A DNA stretch of 64,000 nucleotides, from positions 96,615-160,614 of the forward strand of contig QBZX01000001.1 of the NCBI GenBank assembly GCA_003282175.1, given 5' to 3'. Every line of letters begins with the position of its first letter. The first letter of the stretch is position 1. This stretch comes from Pelagibacteraceae bacterium AG-337-G06. GTDB taxonomy: Bacteria > Pseudomonadota > Alphaproteobacteria > Pelagibacterales > AG-422-B15. A program made the translations under genes and the position numbers. Of the stretch, positions 29,912-38,745 are shown piece after piece. The notes beneath the pieces are model-generated. The model did no database searches. It saw only the letters and a list, made by a program, of their open reading frames with translations, and was not told where the DNA came from.

Positions 29912-31573
29912 ATGGAACAAACTTTCAAAAAGATATTTATAATCTCTTTCTTCTTTGTCTCATCCTTAATTTTTTTCACATCTTGCGATAATGGCGTAGA
30001 GCAGTCCGCAGCTTTTACCGGAGTAAGGGTAATTGATAATTCTTATTCGCCTCCTGTTGTGCGTATCAATCCAGGGGGTAAAGTAAGGTTTAATAACTGG
30101 GGCAATAACCCCCACAATGTTATAGCGGTCGATGAAAGTTGGGGCTCCTTGGCAGAAATTCCAAAGGGCGACTATCTTGATATAAATTATGAAAATGAAG
30201 GACTGTACAAATATTTGTGCTCATTCCATGCATCTCCTGATGGAAAATGGGGTATGGTTGGTTCTGTTGTTGTCGGTGATATAAATTATGAAGACTATAC
30301 CAACTTTTCAAAAAAAGATGTGGTTTCAAGGTTTACTGGAAATGTAAGGAATGTGCCAGATCAATATGAAACAATTCAAGACGCTGTTAATGCCTCAAAC
30401 CCAGGTGACCTCGTTTTAATTAAGCCAGGAATTTACTATGAAGAAGTAGTTGTGAATGTTCCCTCAATTACCATTAGAGGTTGGGACAGAAATACAACAA
30501 TCATCGATGGTGAGTTTGAGAGAGGTAATGGTATTTTAGTTGCAGGCGTTGATGGAGTAGTCATAGAAAATTTAACTGCAAGGAATGCATTACTGAATGG
30601 TTTTTATTGGGCAACAGTAAAAGGATATAGGGGATCTTATTTAACAGCGTATAACAATGGTGATTATGGAGTATACGCTTTTGATGCAGTCGATGGAGTT
30701 TTAGATCATTCTTATGCCTCTGGCTCACCAGATGCAGGTTTCTATATTGGCCAATGTTACCCATGTGATGCAATTGTTAATAATGTCATCTCTGAAAATA
30801 ATGGTCTAGGTTACTCAGGAACAAACTCAGGTGGATCATTGTATATTATAAGTTCAGTTTTTAAAAATAATAAAGGTGGATTAGCGCCCAACACTTTAGA
30901 CTCGGAACTTCTACCGCCAGAAAGAGAAACTTTTATTATTGGGAATCTTATTAAAAACAATAACAACATAGATGCCCCTGCAACCCAAGCAACCAATTTG
31001 TCTCTTGGAAATGGAGTTGTCATAGCAGGAGGAAATAATAATATTATTAAAAATAATGTTATAGCTAATCATAACCTTTATGGTGTTATTATAACAGCCA
31101 CTGCAGATGTGAATTACTGGCCTGCTCATGGCAACAGGGTTGAAAGCAATTTAATCATAAATTCTAAAAGAGCTGATATAGCATCTAGTGGTCTCTCAAA
31201 TTTAGGTAATTGTTTTGAAAATAATTATTTCAATACTTCAATTCCACCAGGCTTACAAACACTCAATAATTGTGACTCTTCCTTTTATCCCTTAAGTGCA
31301 GATTTGTCAGGTATGTGGTCATCTTTAGCACGTGTAATTCAGACAAGTGATGGAAACTATAATCAAGGTGATTGGCGTACATTTGAAGCGCCAACCAATC
31401 AACCTAATATGCCCATTATGGAGGAATTAATAGACCTTGGTTACGATAAAACAACATTGCCTGTTTTAAAAATATGGAGCTCAGTTAAGCCTGCAGTTGA
31501 GGTTTTTAGTCAATATGATGATGTTTTGGAGGAAATAGAGCTGCCTCAAGAGGCCAGAAACTATTTGAACTAA
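29912..31573 (+). CDS. Lipoprotein with N-terminal cupredoxin domain fused to a right-handed beta-helix (NosD/CASH-like) domain
   Basis: Lipobox-like 'LIFFTSC'. Plastocyanin-like segment 'GGKVRFNNWGNNPHNV...GLYKYLCSFHASPDGKWGMVGSVVV' with candidate His/Cys/His/Met ligands. Repetitive 'G..I....N.I.NN' beta-helix turns follow ('NVISENNGLGYSG', 'IGNLIKNNNN', 'NNIIKNNVIANHN'). ATG 29912 is preferred over TTG 29900. Confidence 0.7.
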   Translation: MEQTFKKIFIISFFFVSSLIFFTSCDNGVEQSAAFTGVRVIDNSYSPPVVRINPGGKVRFNNWGNNPHNVIAVDESWGSLAEIPKGDYLDINYENEGLYKYLCSFHASPDGKWGMVGSVVVGDINYEDYTNFSKKDVVSRFTGNVRNVPDQYETIQDAVNASNPGDLVLIKPGIYYEEVVVNVPSITIRGWDRNTTIIDGEFERGNGILVAGVDGVVIENLTARNALLNGFYWATVKGYRGSYLTAYNNGDYGVYAFDAVDGVLDHSYASGSPDAGFYIGQCYPCDAIVNNVISENNGLGYSGTNSGGSLYIISSVFKNNKGGLAPNTLDSELLPPERETFIIGNLIKNNNNIDAPATQATNLSLGNGVVIAGGNNNIIKNNVIANHNLYGVIITATADVNYWPAHGNRVESNLIINSKRADIASSGLSNLGNCFENNYFNTSIPPGLQTLNNCDSSFYPLSADLSGMWSSLARVIQTSDGNYNQGDWRTFEAPTNQPNMPIMEELIDLGYDKTTLPVLKIWSSVKPAVEVFSQYDDVLEEIELPQEARNYLN

Positions 31574-31576
31574 TTC

Positions 31577-31601
31577 CCTAATTGTTTAACCTGCAATTAG
31601 G
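31577..31601 (+). promoter_or_regulatory. Hairpin overlapping the Shine-Dalgarno of the PLDc_N gene
   Basis: CCTAATTG (31577-84) pairs with CAATTAGG (31594-601) around a 9-nt loop. The 3' arm overlaps AGGAG (31599-603), 10 nt upstream of ATG 31614. No U-tract follows, so it is not a classical terminator. Confidence 0.3.
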
Positions 31602-31613
31602 AGATAAAAATAA

Positions 31614-31934
31614 ATGCCTGGAGTTACTTTCTTTCCATTAGAGGATGTTCCGTTCTTATCGCTTTTTTTTAATTTTTATGGGTATTATCTTCCTATCTTT
31701 TTATATGCAACTTGGACAGCAACAGCTTTATTTGACTTACATATCGGAAAATACAGGAGTATTCCTTCTAAAATAGCTTGGACAATGGTACTGATGTTCA
31801 TTCCTTTAGTTGGCCCACTTATTTATCATATGTTTGCTGCCAGGGAATTGGACGTTGTGATTAGAGCTACAATGATTTTCGGTGGTATTGCTGTCATGAC
31901 TATTGTTTTTTTATATCTTGGTTTTGCGCTCTAA
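31614..31934 (+). CDS. PLDc_N-domain small membrane protein
   Basis: 'WTATALFDLHIGKYRSIPSKIAWTMVLMFIPLVGPLIYHMF' fits the W..D...K..W...P..G...Y pattern of the cardiolipin-synthase N-terminal (PLDc_N) domain. Confidence 0.6.
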   Translation: MPGVTFFPLEDVPFLSLFFNFYGYYLPIFLYATWTATALFDLHIGKYRSIPSKIAWTMVLMFIPLVGPLIYHMFAARELDVVIRATMIFGGIAVMTIVFLYLGFAL

Positions 31935-31940
31935 ATAAAA

Positions 31941-32771
31941 GTGAAGTTCGACCCACGAATAACTCCCATCAAGAGTAATTTAGCTGCTTCCACTTATAAA
32001 TATATCGTTAAAAGGAAAAAATTCTCTAAAGGCAAAAAATATACAGTAACCTCTTCGTTTGCTCCATTGTACTCAAATAAAAAATCTAAATTAAGCACTC
32101 AACTTTTATTTGGAGAAGAATGTACCGCATATGAAGTATCTAGGGATTGGTCTTGGGTTCAATCATCAAGAGATCAATATGTGGGATATGTACCCTCAGC
32201 AAATCTATCAAAAAAATTATTTAAACCTACTCACAAAGTAACGTCCCTTCGTACATACCTTTACAAGGAACCTGATATCAAAAGCAAAGATCTATTTCAC
32301 TTAAGCTTTAATTCGGTTTTAGAAGTAAAAAAAACTAAAGGAAAGTTTTCTCTAATCAACGGAATAGGTTGGTGTCCAACAAGTGATTTGTCTGCAATTA
32401 ATGAAATTGAGTTAGATGTAGTTAAATGTGCAAATCAGTATCTAAATACCCCTTATTTATGGGGAGGAAGAAGTTCTGTAGGTATTGATTGTTCAGGACT
32501 TGTTCAAAATTTAATGCAAATTAATAATAAAATTTTCCCAAGAGATACGGATATGCAAGAAAATTTTATAACTAAAGAGATTTTGAGTGAAAAGAAACTT
32601 AAAGCAGGTGATTTAATTTTTTGGAAAGGTCATGTAGCCATGATGATAGATAATAAATATATTATTCACGCTAATGCTTATCATATGAAAACTGCAATTG
32701 AGTTATTAAGTTTTGCAAAAAAAAGAATATTCAAAACGAATGGTAAAATAAGAAAAATGGGCAGACTTTAA
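31941..32771 (+). CDS. NlpC/P60 (C40) peptidase with SH3b-like N-domain, no signal peptide
   Basis: 'YLWGGRSSVGIDCSGLVQ' holds the catalytic Cys, and 'GHVAMMIDNKYIIHA' the His. GTG start. The hydrophilic N-terminus suggests a cytoplasmic location. Confidence 0.85.
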   Translation: MKFDPRITPIKSNLAASTYKYIVKRKKFSKGKKYTVTSSFAPLYSNKKSKLSTQLLFGEECTAYEVSRDWSWVQSSRDQYVGYVPSANLSKKLFKPTHKVTSLRTYLYKEPDIKSKDLFHLSFNSVLEVKKTKGKFSLINGIGWCPTSDLSAINEIELDVVKCANQYLNTPYLWGGRSSVGIDCSGLVQNLMQINNKIFPRDTDMQENFITKEILSEKKLKAGDLIFWKGHVAMMIDNKYIIHANAYHMKTAIELLSFAKKRIFKTNGKIRKMGRL

Positions 32772-32772
32772 A

Positions 32773-34104
32773 CTAACTGAAATTAATTTTATTTCTAATA
32801 AACCATAAAAGTATTAATGAGGGGATTACCATTAAGGCGGTAATTATAAAGAATGTTCCCCAATCACCCTGCAACCAATCTACCAGCGAACCTGATGAAG
32901 ATGCCATCAACGTTCTTCCAGCCGTTCCAAGAGAAGCAAGAAGTGCATACTGTGTTGCTGTATAGGTCCTGTCCACAAGTAACGAAATAAATGTAACAAA
33001 GGCAACGGTTGCAAATGCAGCAGCAAGATCATCAAGAAGAACAGCGGCAGCAAATAATAATTCAGATTTATCTGACCATGCCATAAAGCTAAACATAATA
33101 TTTGTTACAGCCATTGCTATACCTGATAGAAATAAAGCCCTGACAACGCCAGATTTAATTGCAAACCATCCACCCAATAGAGTGAACGTAATAGTTGTAA
33201 TCCATCCAAGACCTTTTGAATAAATTGCAATATCAGATTTTGAAAATCCCATCTCGTCATAAAATATGATGGACATTCTTCCAAGAAAAGCCTCCCCTAT
33301 TTTAAAGAGGAAAATAAATCCGATAATTAAAAAGCTTATGGTTATGCCGTTTTTCTTAAAGAAGCTTATCAATGGACTTATAATTGTGCTTATAAACCAT
33401 GCTATAAATCCAGCAGCTTTAAAATTTTCTTGATCCTTATTTTGTGCTTTTTGTCTTTCATTGGAGGTATCTTCAGGAATAAAAAGTAATCCAACATTAA
33501 ATAAAAGAATTAATAGGCAAAGAAATATAAAAGTCAGTTGCCAATAATTTGCAAATCCAACTGCTTCTAAATAATCAGCAACAAATAACGTTAACATTCC
33601 TCCAATTTTATAACCTGTCCACCATCCAACTACAGTAATAGAAGCGCCTGCAGCCATTGATGCTTTTTCATTTGTAGATATTTGTTCAATTCTAAGAGCG
33701 TCAATTGTTATATCTTGTGATGCTGATGAGATTGCAATTAATAAACCTAAGAAAATAATGATCTCAAGATTATTTACTGGATTGAGAAAACTCCAAAAAA
33801 TAAGACTACATAAGATTATAAATTGAAGAGAAATTATCCAAGATTTTCTATGACCTATTTTATCTGTTAGAAAGGGTATTTTTATTCTATCAATTAAAGG
33901 AGCCCATAAAAAGTTAATTGCGTAAACTCCAAAAATTAATCCTGCCCAACCAATAGTGCTTCTAGAAAGTTCAAAGTCTTTTAACCAAAGTGAAAGTGCG
34001 CTGCCAATTATTACCCACGGGAAACCACTGATAGCACCTAAAAGTAAAATGCGAAGCATTCTGTTATCAAAATAAATTGATAAGCCAACATTTTCTTTTG
34101 TCAT
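32773..34104 (-). CDS. ampG: AmpG-family muropeptide/MFS permease
   Basis: 443 aa. 'RMLRILLLGAISGFPWVIIGSALSLWL' and 'WAPLIDR' are typical AmpG N-terminal motifs. Confidence 0.8.
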   Translation of the reverse strand: MTKENVGLSIYFDNRMLRILLLGAISGFPWVIIGSALSLWLKDFELSRSTIGWAGLIFGVYAINFLWAPLIDRIKIPFLTDKIGHRKSWIISLQFIILCSLIFWSFLNPVNNLEIIIFLGLLIAISSASQDITIDALRIEQISTNEKASMAAGASITVVGWWTGYKIGGMLTLFVADYLEAVGFANYWQLTFIFLCLLILLFNVGLLFIPEDTSNERQKAQNKDQENFKAAGFIAWFISTIISPLISFFKKNGITISFLIIGFIFLFKIGEAFLGRMSIIFYDEMGFSKSDIAIYSKGLGWITTITFTLLGGWFAIKSGVVRALFLSGIAMAVTNIMFSFMAWSDKSELLFAAAVLLDDLAAAFATVAFVTFISLLVDRTYTATQYALLASLGTAGRTLMASSSGSLVDWLQGDWGTFFIITALMVIPSLILLWFIRNKINFS

Positions 34105-34165
34105 ACTAGACGAGAATAAGGTTTAGTACCTGCAACCGTCAATTAATATATTAAGTAATATTGAT

Positions 34166-34720
34166 TTATTCAATTGGAGCGGGATTATCGCTGAAACTTC
34201 TTAAATAAAGAATAACATTTGCGCGGTCCTTAGCTTTTTTGAGACCGACAAAAGACATCTTTGTACCTTGAATATATTTTTTTGGATTAATTAAATAACT
34301 ATTTAATTGCTCATATGTCCAATCACCCTCAAAGGCTGCCATTGCACTAGAATATTTATAATCATCTTTTGAACCAATATCTTTATTTACAATATTCCAT
34401 AAAGCTGGGCCAATTTTATTAGCACCGCCTTTTTCCATAACATGACACTGTGAACATTTCTTAAATACTTTTTTGCCCTTATCTAGATCAGCGCTAGCTA
34501 GAAGAACTTGAATAGGGTCTTCGGTGGGGGCTTGGGCAACTGCCTCAGTTGAAGTTGCAGCCGCATCCATTAATATTTCATCACCGCCATCAACTTGATA
34601 AGCAGCAACCTTTGGCTTTTCAACATGATAGAGAATTTCACTAAAGTTTGCTAATCCAATAAACACAAGAGCTACCACTAAAATACAGGCAACAATTTTG
34701 TTAATTTCGAATGAATCCAT
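34166..34720 (-). CDS. Membrane-anchored class I cytochrome c (CycM-like)
   Basis: N-terminal TM anchor, haem site 'CSQCH', distal 'GTKMSF' Met, and 'ILYLRS' C-terminus. Confidence 0.85.
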   Translation of the reverse strand: MDSFEINKIVACILVVALVFIGLANFSEILYHVEKPKVAAYQVDGGDEILMDAAATSTEAVAQAPTEDPIQVLLASADLDKGKKVFKKCSQCHVMEKGGANKIGPALWNIVNKDIGSKDDYKYSSAMAAFEGDWTYEQLNSYLINPKKYIQGTKMSFVGLKKAKDRANVILYLRSFSDNPAPIE

Positions 34721-34809
34721 AATGTTTTCTCGCAGAATATATGATATTAATTAAACATTATTCTAATTTATTCAAGTTATTATGCGTCTTCTAGTCGCAT
34801 AAAAGCATT

Positions 34810-35553
34810 ATGATTACTCAAGAAAATACAGCAATTATTATACCCGCAAGACTTCAAGCTAGCAGACTTCCAAACAAGCCTTTGCTTGAAATCCATGGCA
34901 AGCCAATGATCCAACATGTTTGGGAAAAAGCTGTTTTATCCCAACTAGGTGAGGTTCTTATTGCCACGGATAGTGAAGATATTAAAAATTTAATTGAAGG
35001 CTTAGGGGGTAATGCATGTATGACATCAACCAAACATACATCTGGTACTGATCGAATATTTGAGGCCTTAAATAAAGTTGATCTTGATCAAAGAATTGAA
35101 TTTATAATTAATTTACAAGGTGATCTTCCTACAATCAATACCGGGGCACTGAGTACTGTGCTTAGTTTAATTGAAGATGATAGCTCTGAAATAGGCACGT
35201 TAGCTTGTGTTTTTAGAAATAAGTCTGAAATAAGGAAAAACCAAGTTGTTAAAGCCTATTGTGACTATAAAGAAAATGAAATCTCTACTCTGGGACTAGA
35301 CTTTACAAGGAAAAGCGATAGCTACGATCATAAAAAATTATATCATCACATTGGAATCTATTCTTTCAGAAAAGAGTCTCTTAAAAAGTTTGTTTCTTTA
35401 TCTCAAACTGAAAGAGAAAAAAATGAAAAACTTGAACAATTAAGAGCCTTAGATAATGACATGAAAATAAAAGTTGGTTTAATTGACTTTTTGCCTTTGG
35501 GAGTGGATACTCCTGAGGATTTAGAGGAAATTAAAGAAATCTTAAAGAAATGA
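34810..35553 (+). CDS. kdsB: 3-deoxy-manno-octulosonate cytidylyltransferase
   Basis: 'IIPARLQASRLPNKPL', 'GTDR' and 'NLQGDLP' motifs. Confidence 0.9.
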   Translation: MITQENTAIIIPARLQASRLPNKPLLEIHGKPMIQHVWEKAVLSQLGEVLIATDSEDIKNLIEGLGGNACMTSTKHTSGTDRIFEALNKVDLDQRIEFIINLQGDLPTINTGALSTVLSLIEDDSSEIGTLACVFRNKSEIRKNQVVKAYCDYKENEISTLGLDFTRKSDSYDHKKLYHHIGIYSFRKESLKKFVSLSQTEREKNEKLEQLRALDNDMKIKVGLIDFLPLGVDTPEDLEEIKEILKK

Positions 35554-36383
35554 AAAAAATATCTTACCAGGGAGAACTAGGTGCTTATTCACATTTAGCA
35601 TGTAAAGAAGCAATGACAGACTATGAATCTGTCCCCTGCAGAACATTTGAAGCAGCGTTAAATTGTGTAAGAGAAGAGAAAGCAGATTTAGCGATGATAC
35701 CTGTTGAAAACTCCGTCGCTGGTCGAGTTGCTGATATTCATTACTTATTAGGAGATTATGATCTTAAAATTTATGCCGAACATTTTCAGGAAGTCAAGCA
35801 TCAGCTACTTGCAAAAAAAGGAACCACCATTGATGAGATAAAATTTGTAAGAAGTCACTCAATGGCTATTGGTCAATGTCAATCAGTAATTCAGAGATTA
35901 AATCTTACCCCCATTGTAATGGCTGATACTGCTGGGTCCGCTAAACATATAAGTGAAATAGTTACAAATGAGGATTCTGCGATAGCCTCCCACTTAGCTG
36001 CAGAAATTTATGGATTAGAGATTATAAAGTCAGATATTCAAGATATGAAACACAACACGACAAGATTTCTTATTATGTCAAAAGGTGCACAGCAGGAGAG
36101 AGATGAAAAATTGTTATATTTAACAAGCTGTATTTTTGAAGTTCGAAGTGTGCCATCGGCATTATATAAAGCTCTTGGAGGCTTTGCGACTAATGGCGTT
36201 AATCTAACGAAGCTCGAGAGCTTTATAGTAGATGGTGATTTTAATAAAGCACAGTTTTACATTGACCTTGACGGACATGTTGATGACTCTTCTGTTAAAG
36301 GAGCTCTTGATGAATTATCATTTTACACAGAAAAACTTCAGGTTCTTGGCGTTTATCCAAAACATTCTTACAGGAACCAGTAG
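35550..36383 (+). CDS. pheA: Prephenate dehydratase
   Basis: 'ISYQGELGAYSHLA', 'ENSVAGRV' and 'TRFLIM', plus a C-terminal ACT domain. Shares a 4-nt overlap with kdsB. Confidence 0.9.
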   Translation: MKKISYQGELGAYSHLACKEAMTDYESVPCRTFEAALNCVREEKADLAMIPVENSVAGRVADIHYLLGDYDLKIYAEHFQEVKHQLLAKKGTTIDEIKFVRSHSMAIGQCQSVIQRLNLTPIVMADTAGSAKHISEIVTNEDSAIASHLAAEIYGLEIIKSDIQDMKHNTTRFLIMSKGAQQERDEKLLYLTSCIFEVRSVPSALYKALGGFATNGVNLTKLESFIVDGDFNKAQFYIDLDGHVDDSSVKGALDELSFYTEKLQVLGVYPKHSYRNQ

Positions 36384-36384
36384 T

Positions 36385-37320
36385 TTATTTATTGTGCAAC
36401 CATTCTACAATAAGTTGATGCGCTACAGCCATAGCGGGGGGTATCCAAATTCTATCTGGGCTTTTCCCAACAAAAATTCGATTTATATCCTCACGTGATA
36501 ACCACACAGCATGTTCAATCTCATCTTCATCGAGATTAGTTTTGTCATCATCAACATTTGAAAAACAGCCAATCATTAACTGAGAAGAAAAAGGCCATGG
36601 CTGTGTAAATTTATATTCAACACTTTTTACATTAAGTCCCACTTCTTCTTTCACTTCCCTCACAACTGCATCTTCAATGGTTTCTCCTGGTTCGAGAAAA
36701 CCCGCGAGGGCAGAGTACATTCTTGGAGGAAAAATTTTCTGACGTCCTAAAAGACATTTTTCATTAAAAATAGGTAACATGATAACAACAGGATCCACGC
36801 GAGGAAATAATTCCGTTTTACATTTATCACAAACCTTTTTAGATCCTGCATCAACTGTTCTGAGCTTTGAGTTTTCACACCGACTACAAAAAATATTAGT
36901 GGCATTCCATTCCACCATTGATTTGGCTTGGGCAAGAATTCCTGTATCTTCAGGGGACAGACTTTGGGCTATAGATCTTAAATCGATAAATTTACATCTA
37001 ATAAAGATTTCAATATCAAAATGAATACGCTCCCTAGTAATATCGATAGCATAATATTTAATATTTTTCATTTCACCAAGAAAAATAATCTGACACGTTT
37101 TAATGTGTTTCTTAATCGACTCGAACTTTGACAAATATATTTCGGATTTACTTCCTGGTTCTTTGCTTACTTGAATGAGAGGTTTACCAGAATCAAAAAT
37201 AATATATCTCGCGTCAGAGCTGCTCATTGAGGTTTTTTGCCACTCTTCATCACCTCTTATACTAGACATTCTGTCCAGAGGATTATTTGCAAATACAATT
37301 TTACTCATGATTTTTTTCAT
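36385..37320 (-). CDS. nudC: NADH pyrophosphatase (Nudix, zinc-ribbon)
   Basis: Zn ribbon 'CSRCENS...CDKC' and Nudix box 'GFLEPGETIEDAVVREVKEEVG'. Confidence 0.85.
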   Translation of the reverse strand: MKKIMSKIVFANNPLDRMSSIRGDEEWQKTSMSSSDARYIIFDSGKPLIQVSKEPGSKSEIYLSKFESIKKHIKTCQIIFLGEMKNIKYYAIDITRERIHFDIEIFIRCKFIDLRSIAQSLSPEDTGILAQAKSMVEWNATNIFCSRCENSKLRTVDAGSKKVCDKCKTELFPRVDPVVIMLPIFNEKCLLGRQKIFPPRMYSALAGFLEPGETIEDAVVREVKEEVGLNVKSVEYKFTQPWPFSSQLMIGCFSNVDDDKTNLDEDEIEHAVWLSREDINRIFVGKSPDRIWIPPAMAVAHQLIVEWLHNK

Positions 37321-37360
37321 TTAATAAACAACATTTAATGATCGTATGCTACAATATTTT

Positions 37361-37450
37361 GGGAGATTGAGTAGACAAGTTATTCGCCAATCCGGTCAGG
37401 TCTGAAAAGAAGCAGCCGCAACGATGATATTTGGGTTACTTTAATCTCCC
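37361..37450 (+). ncRNA. ffs: Signal recognition particle RNA (4.5S, small bacterial type)
   Basis: Conserved domain IV core 'CCGGTCAGGTCTGAAAAGAAGCAGCC' (compare E. coli GGUCAGGUCCGGAAGGAAGCAGCC). The terminal helix pairs GGGAGATT with AATCTCCC. It sits immediately upstream of dnaX, as in many bacteria. The ends are good to about 5 nt. Confidence 0.85.
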
Positions 37451-37469
37451 ACAGTATTAATATATATAG

Positions 37470-38741
37470 ATGTCAGAGCAAAAAAACTTACCAATCCCTC
37501 TAAAATATCGACCATTAAAGTTTAGTGAACTTATTGGTCAGGATCTTATGTCTCAAACAATTCAAAAAGCAATTGAGACAGACCGCGTTGCCAATGCTTA
37601 TTTGCTTACAGGTGTAAGGGGCGTTGGGAAAACAACAACAGCGAGGATTATTGCTAAATCACTAAATTGTTTGAATATAGACTCTAATGGTGAAAAAGAG
37701 CCCTGCGGTATGTGTGAAAATTGTATTGCTATTACTGAGTCAAGAAGTGTTGATGTATATGAAATGGATGCAGCGTCACGAACGGGTATTGCTGACATAA
37801 GAGAATTGATTGAAGGCGTCCAATACTCACCTGTATCTTCCAAGTATAAAGTTTATATTATTGATGAAGTTCATATGTTATCTACAGCAGCTTTTAATGG
37901 ATTGCTTAAAACCTTAGAAGAACCACCACCGCATGTAAAATTTATTTTTGCGACGACTGAAGTGAGAAAGATTCCAACAACAATCTTATCTAGATGTCAA
38001 AGATACGATTTAAAACGGGTTGAGCCTGAAGATTTAATTTCTTTCCTAAAGAAAATTTGCGATATGGAAGGTGTACAATTTGACCAGGGCTCATTAAAAA
38101 TTATTGCACGTGCAGCTGACGGTTCAGTTAGAGATGGATTATCAATTTTAGATCAATCAATTACATTTTCTGATAAAGAGTTAACAGAAAGCAAAGTAAA
38201 AGAAATGATAGGATTAAACGATCCTACAGAAATAATCGATTTTATAAAATTATTGACTTCAGGTGAGACGATCAAGTGTATTGAAATGATTAATTCTTTT
38301 TATGATAATGGAGCTGATCCTTCTGTAATTGTTCGTGATTTAATTTCATCCATTCATGACATATCCATGGTAAAGATAAATGCTGATCAAGGCGTAAAAA
38401 ACTCACTGACTGAAGCGGAGTATAAAGAAGTTAATGAAATTGCAGATAATGTTGACTTACCAACACTCTCAATGTTTTGGCAAATGCTCAATAAAGGACT
38501 GGGTGAGGTATCGGACTCATTTTCTCCAATTTCTGCTCTCGAAATGCTGATAATTAGAATTATTTATTTCAATGATATTCCAAAACCCGATCAGCTGATT
38601 GGTGATTTAAACAATTTGGTTGAAAATCAGGTCAATAACGTAGAAAGTATAAAAGTTAAAGAAGCTAAAGAAATGGATCCAAAACTAAAGGAAATTGTTG
38701 ACTTTTTTCCTGGCACAAAAGTAGAGAATTTAGAAGAATAG
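37470..38741 (+). CDS. dnaX: DNA polymerase III subunit tau/gamma (short, 423 aa)
   Basis: Walker A 'GVRGVGKTT', Zn module 'CLN...CGMCENC', 'IIDEVHML' and SRC 'LSRCQRY'. It ends 5 nt before ybaB. Confidence 0.9.
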   Translation: MSEQKNLPIPLKYRPLKFSELIGQDLMSQTIQKAIETDRVANAYLLTGVRGVGKTTTARIIAKSLNCLNIDSNGEKEPCGMCENCIAITESRSVDVYEMDAASRTGIADIRELIEGVQYSPVSSKYKVYIIDEVHMLSTAAFNGLLKTLEEPPPHVKFIFATTEVRKIPTTILSRCQRYDLKRVEPEDLISFLKKICDMEGVQFDQGSLKIIARAADGSVRDGLSILDQSITFSDKELTESKVKEMIGLNDPTEIIDFIKLLTSGETIKCIEMINSFYDNGADPSVIVRDLISSIHDISMVKINADQGVKNSLTEAEYKEVNEIADNVDLPTLSMFWQMLNKGLGEVSDSFSPISALEMLIIRIIYFNDIPKPDQLIGDLNNLVENQVNNVESIKVKEAKEMDPKLKEIVDFFPGTKVENLEE

Positions 38742-38745
38742 TAGC

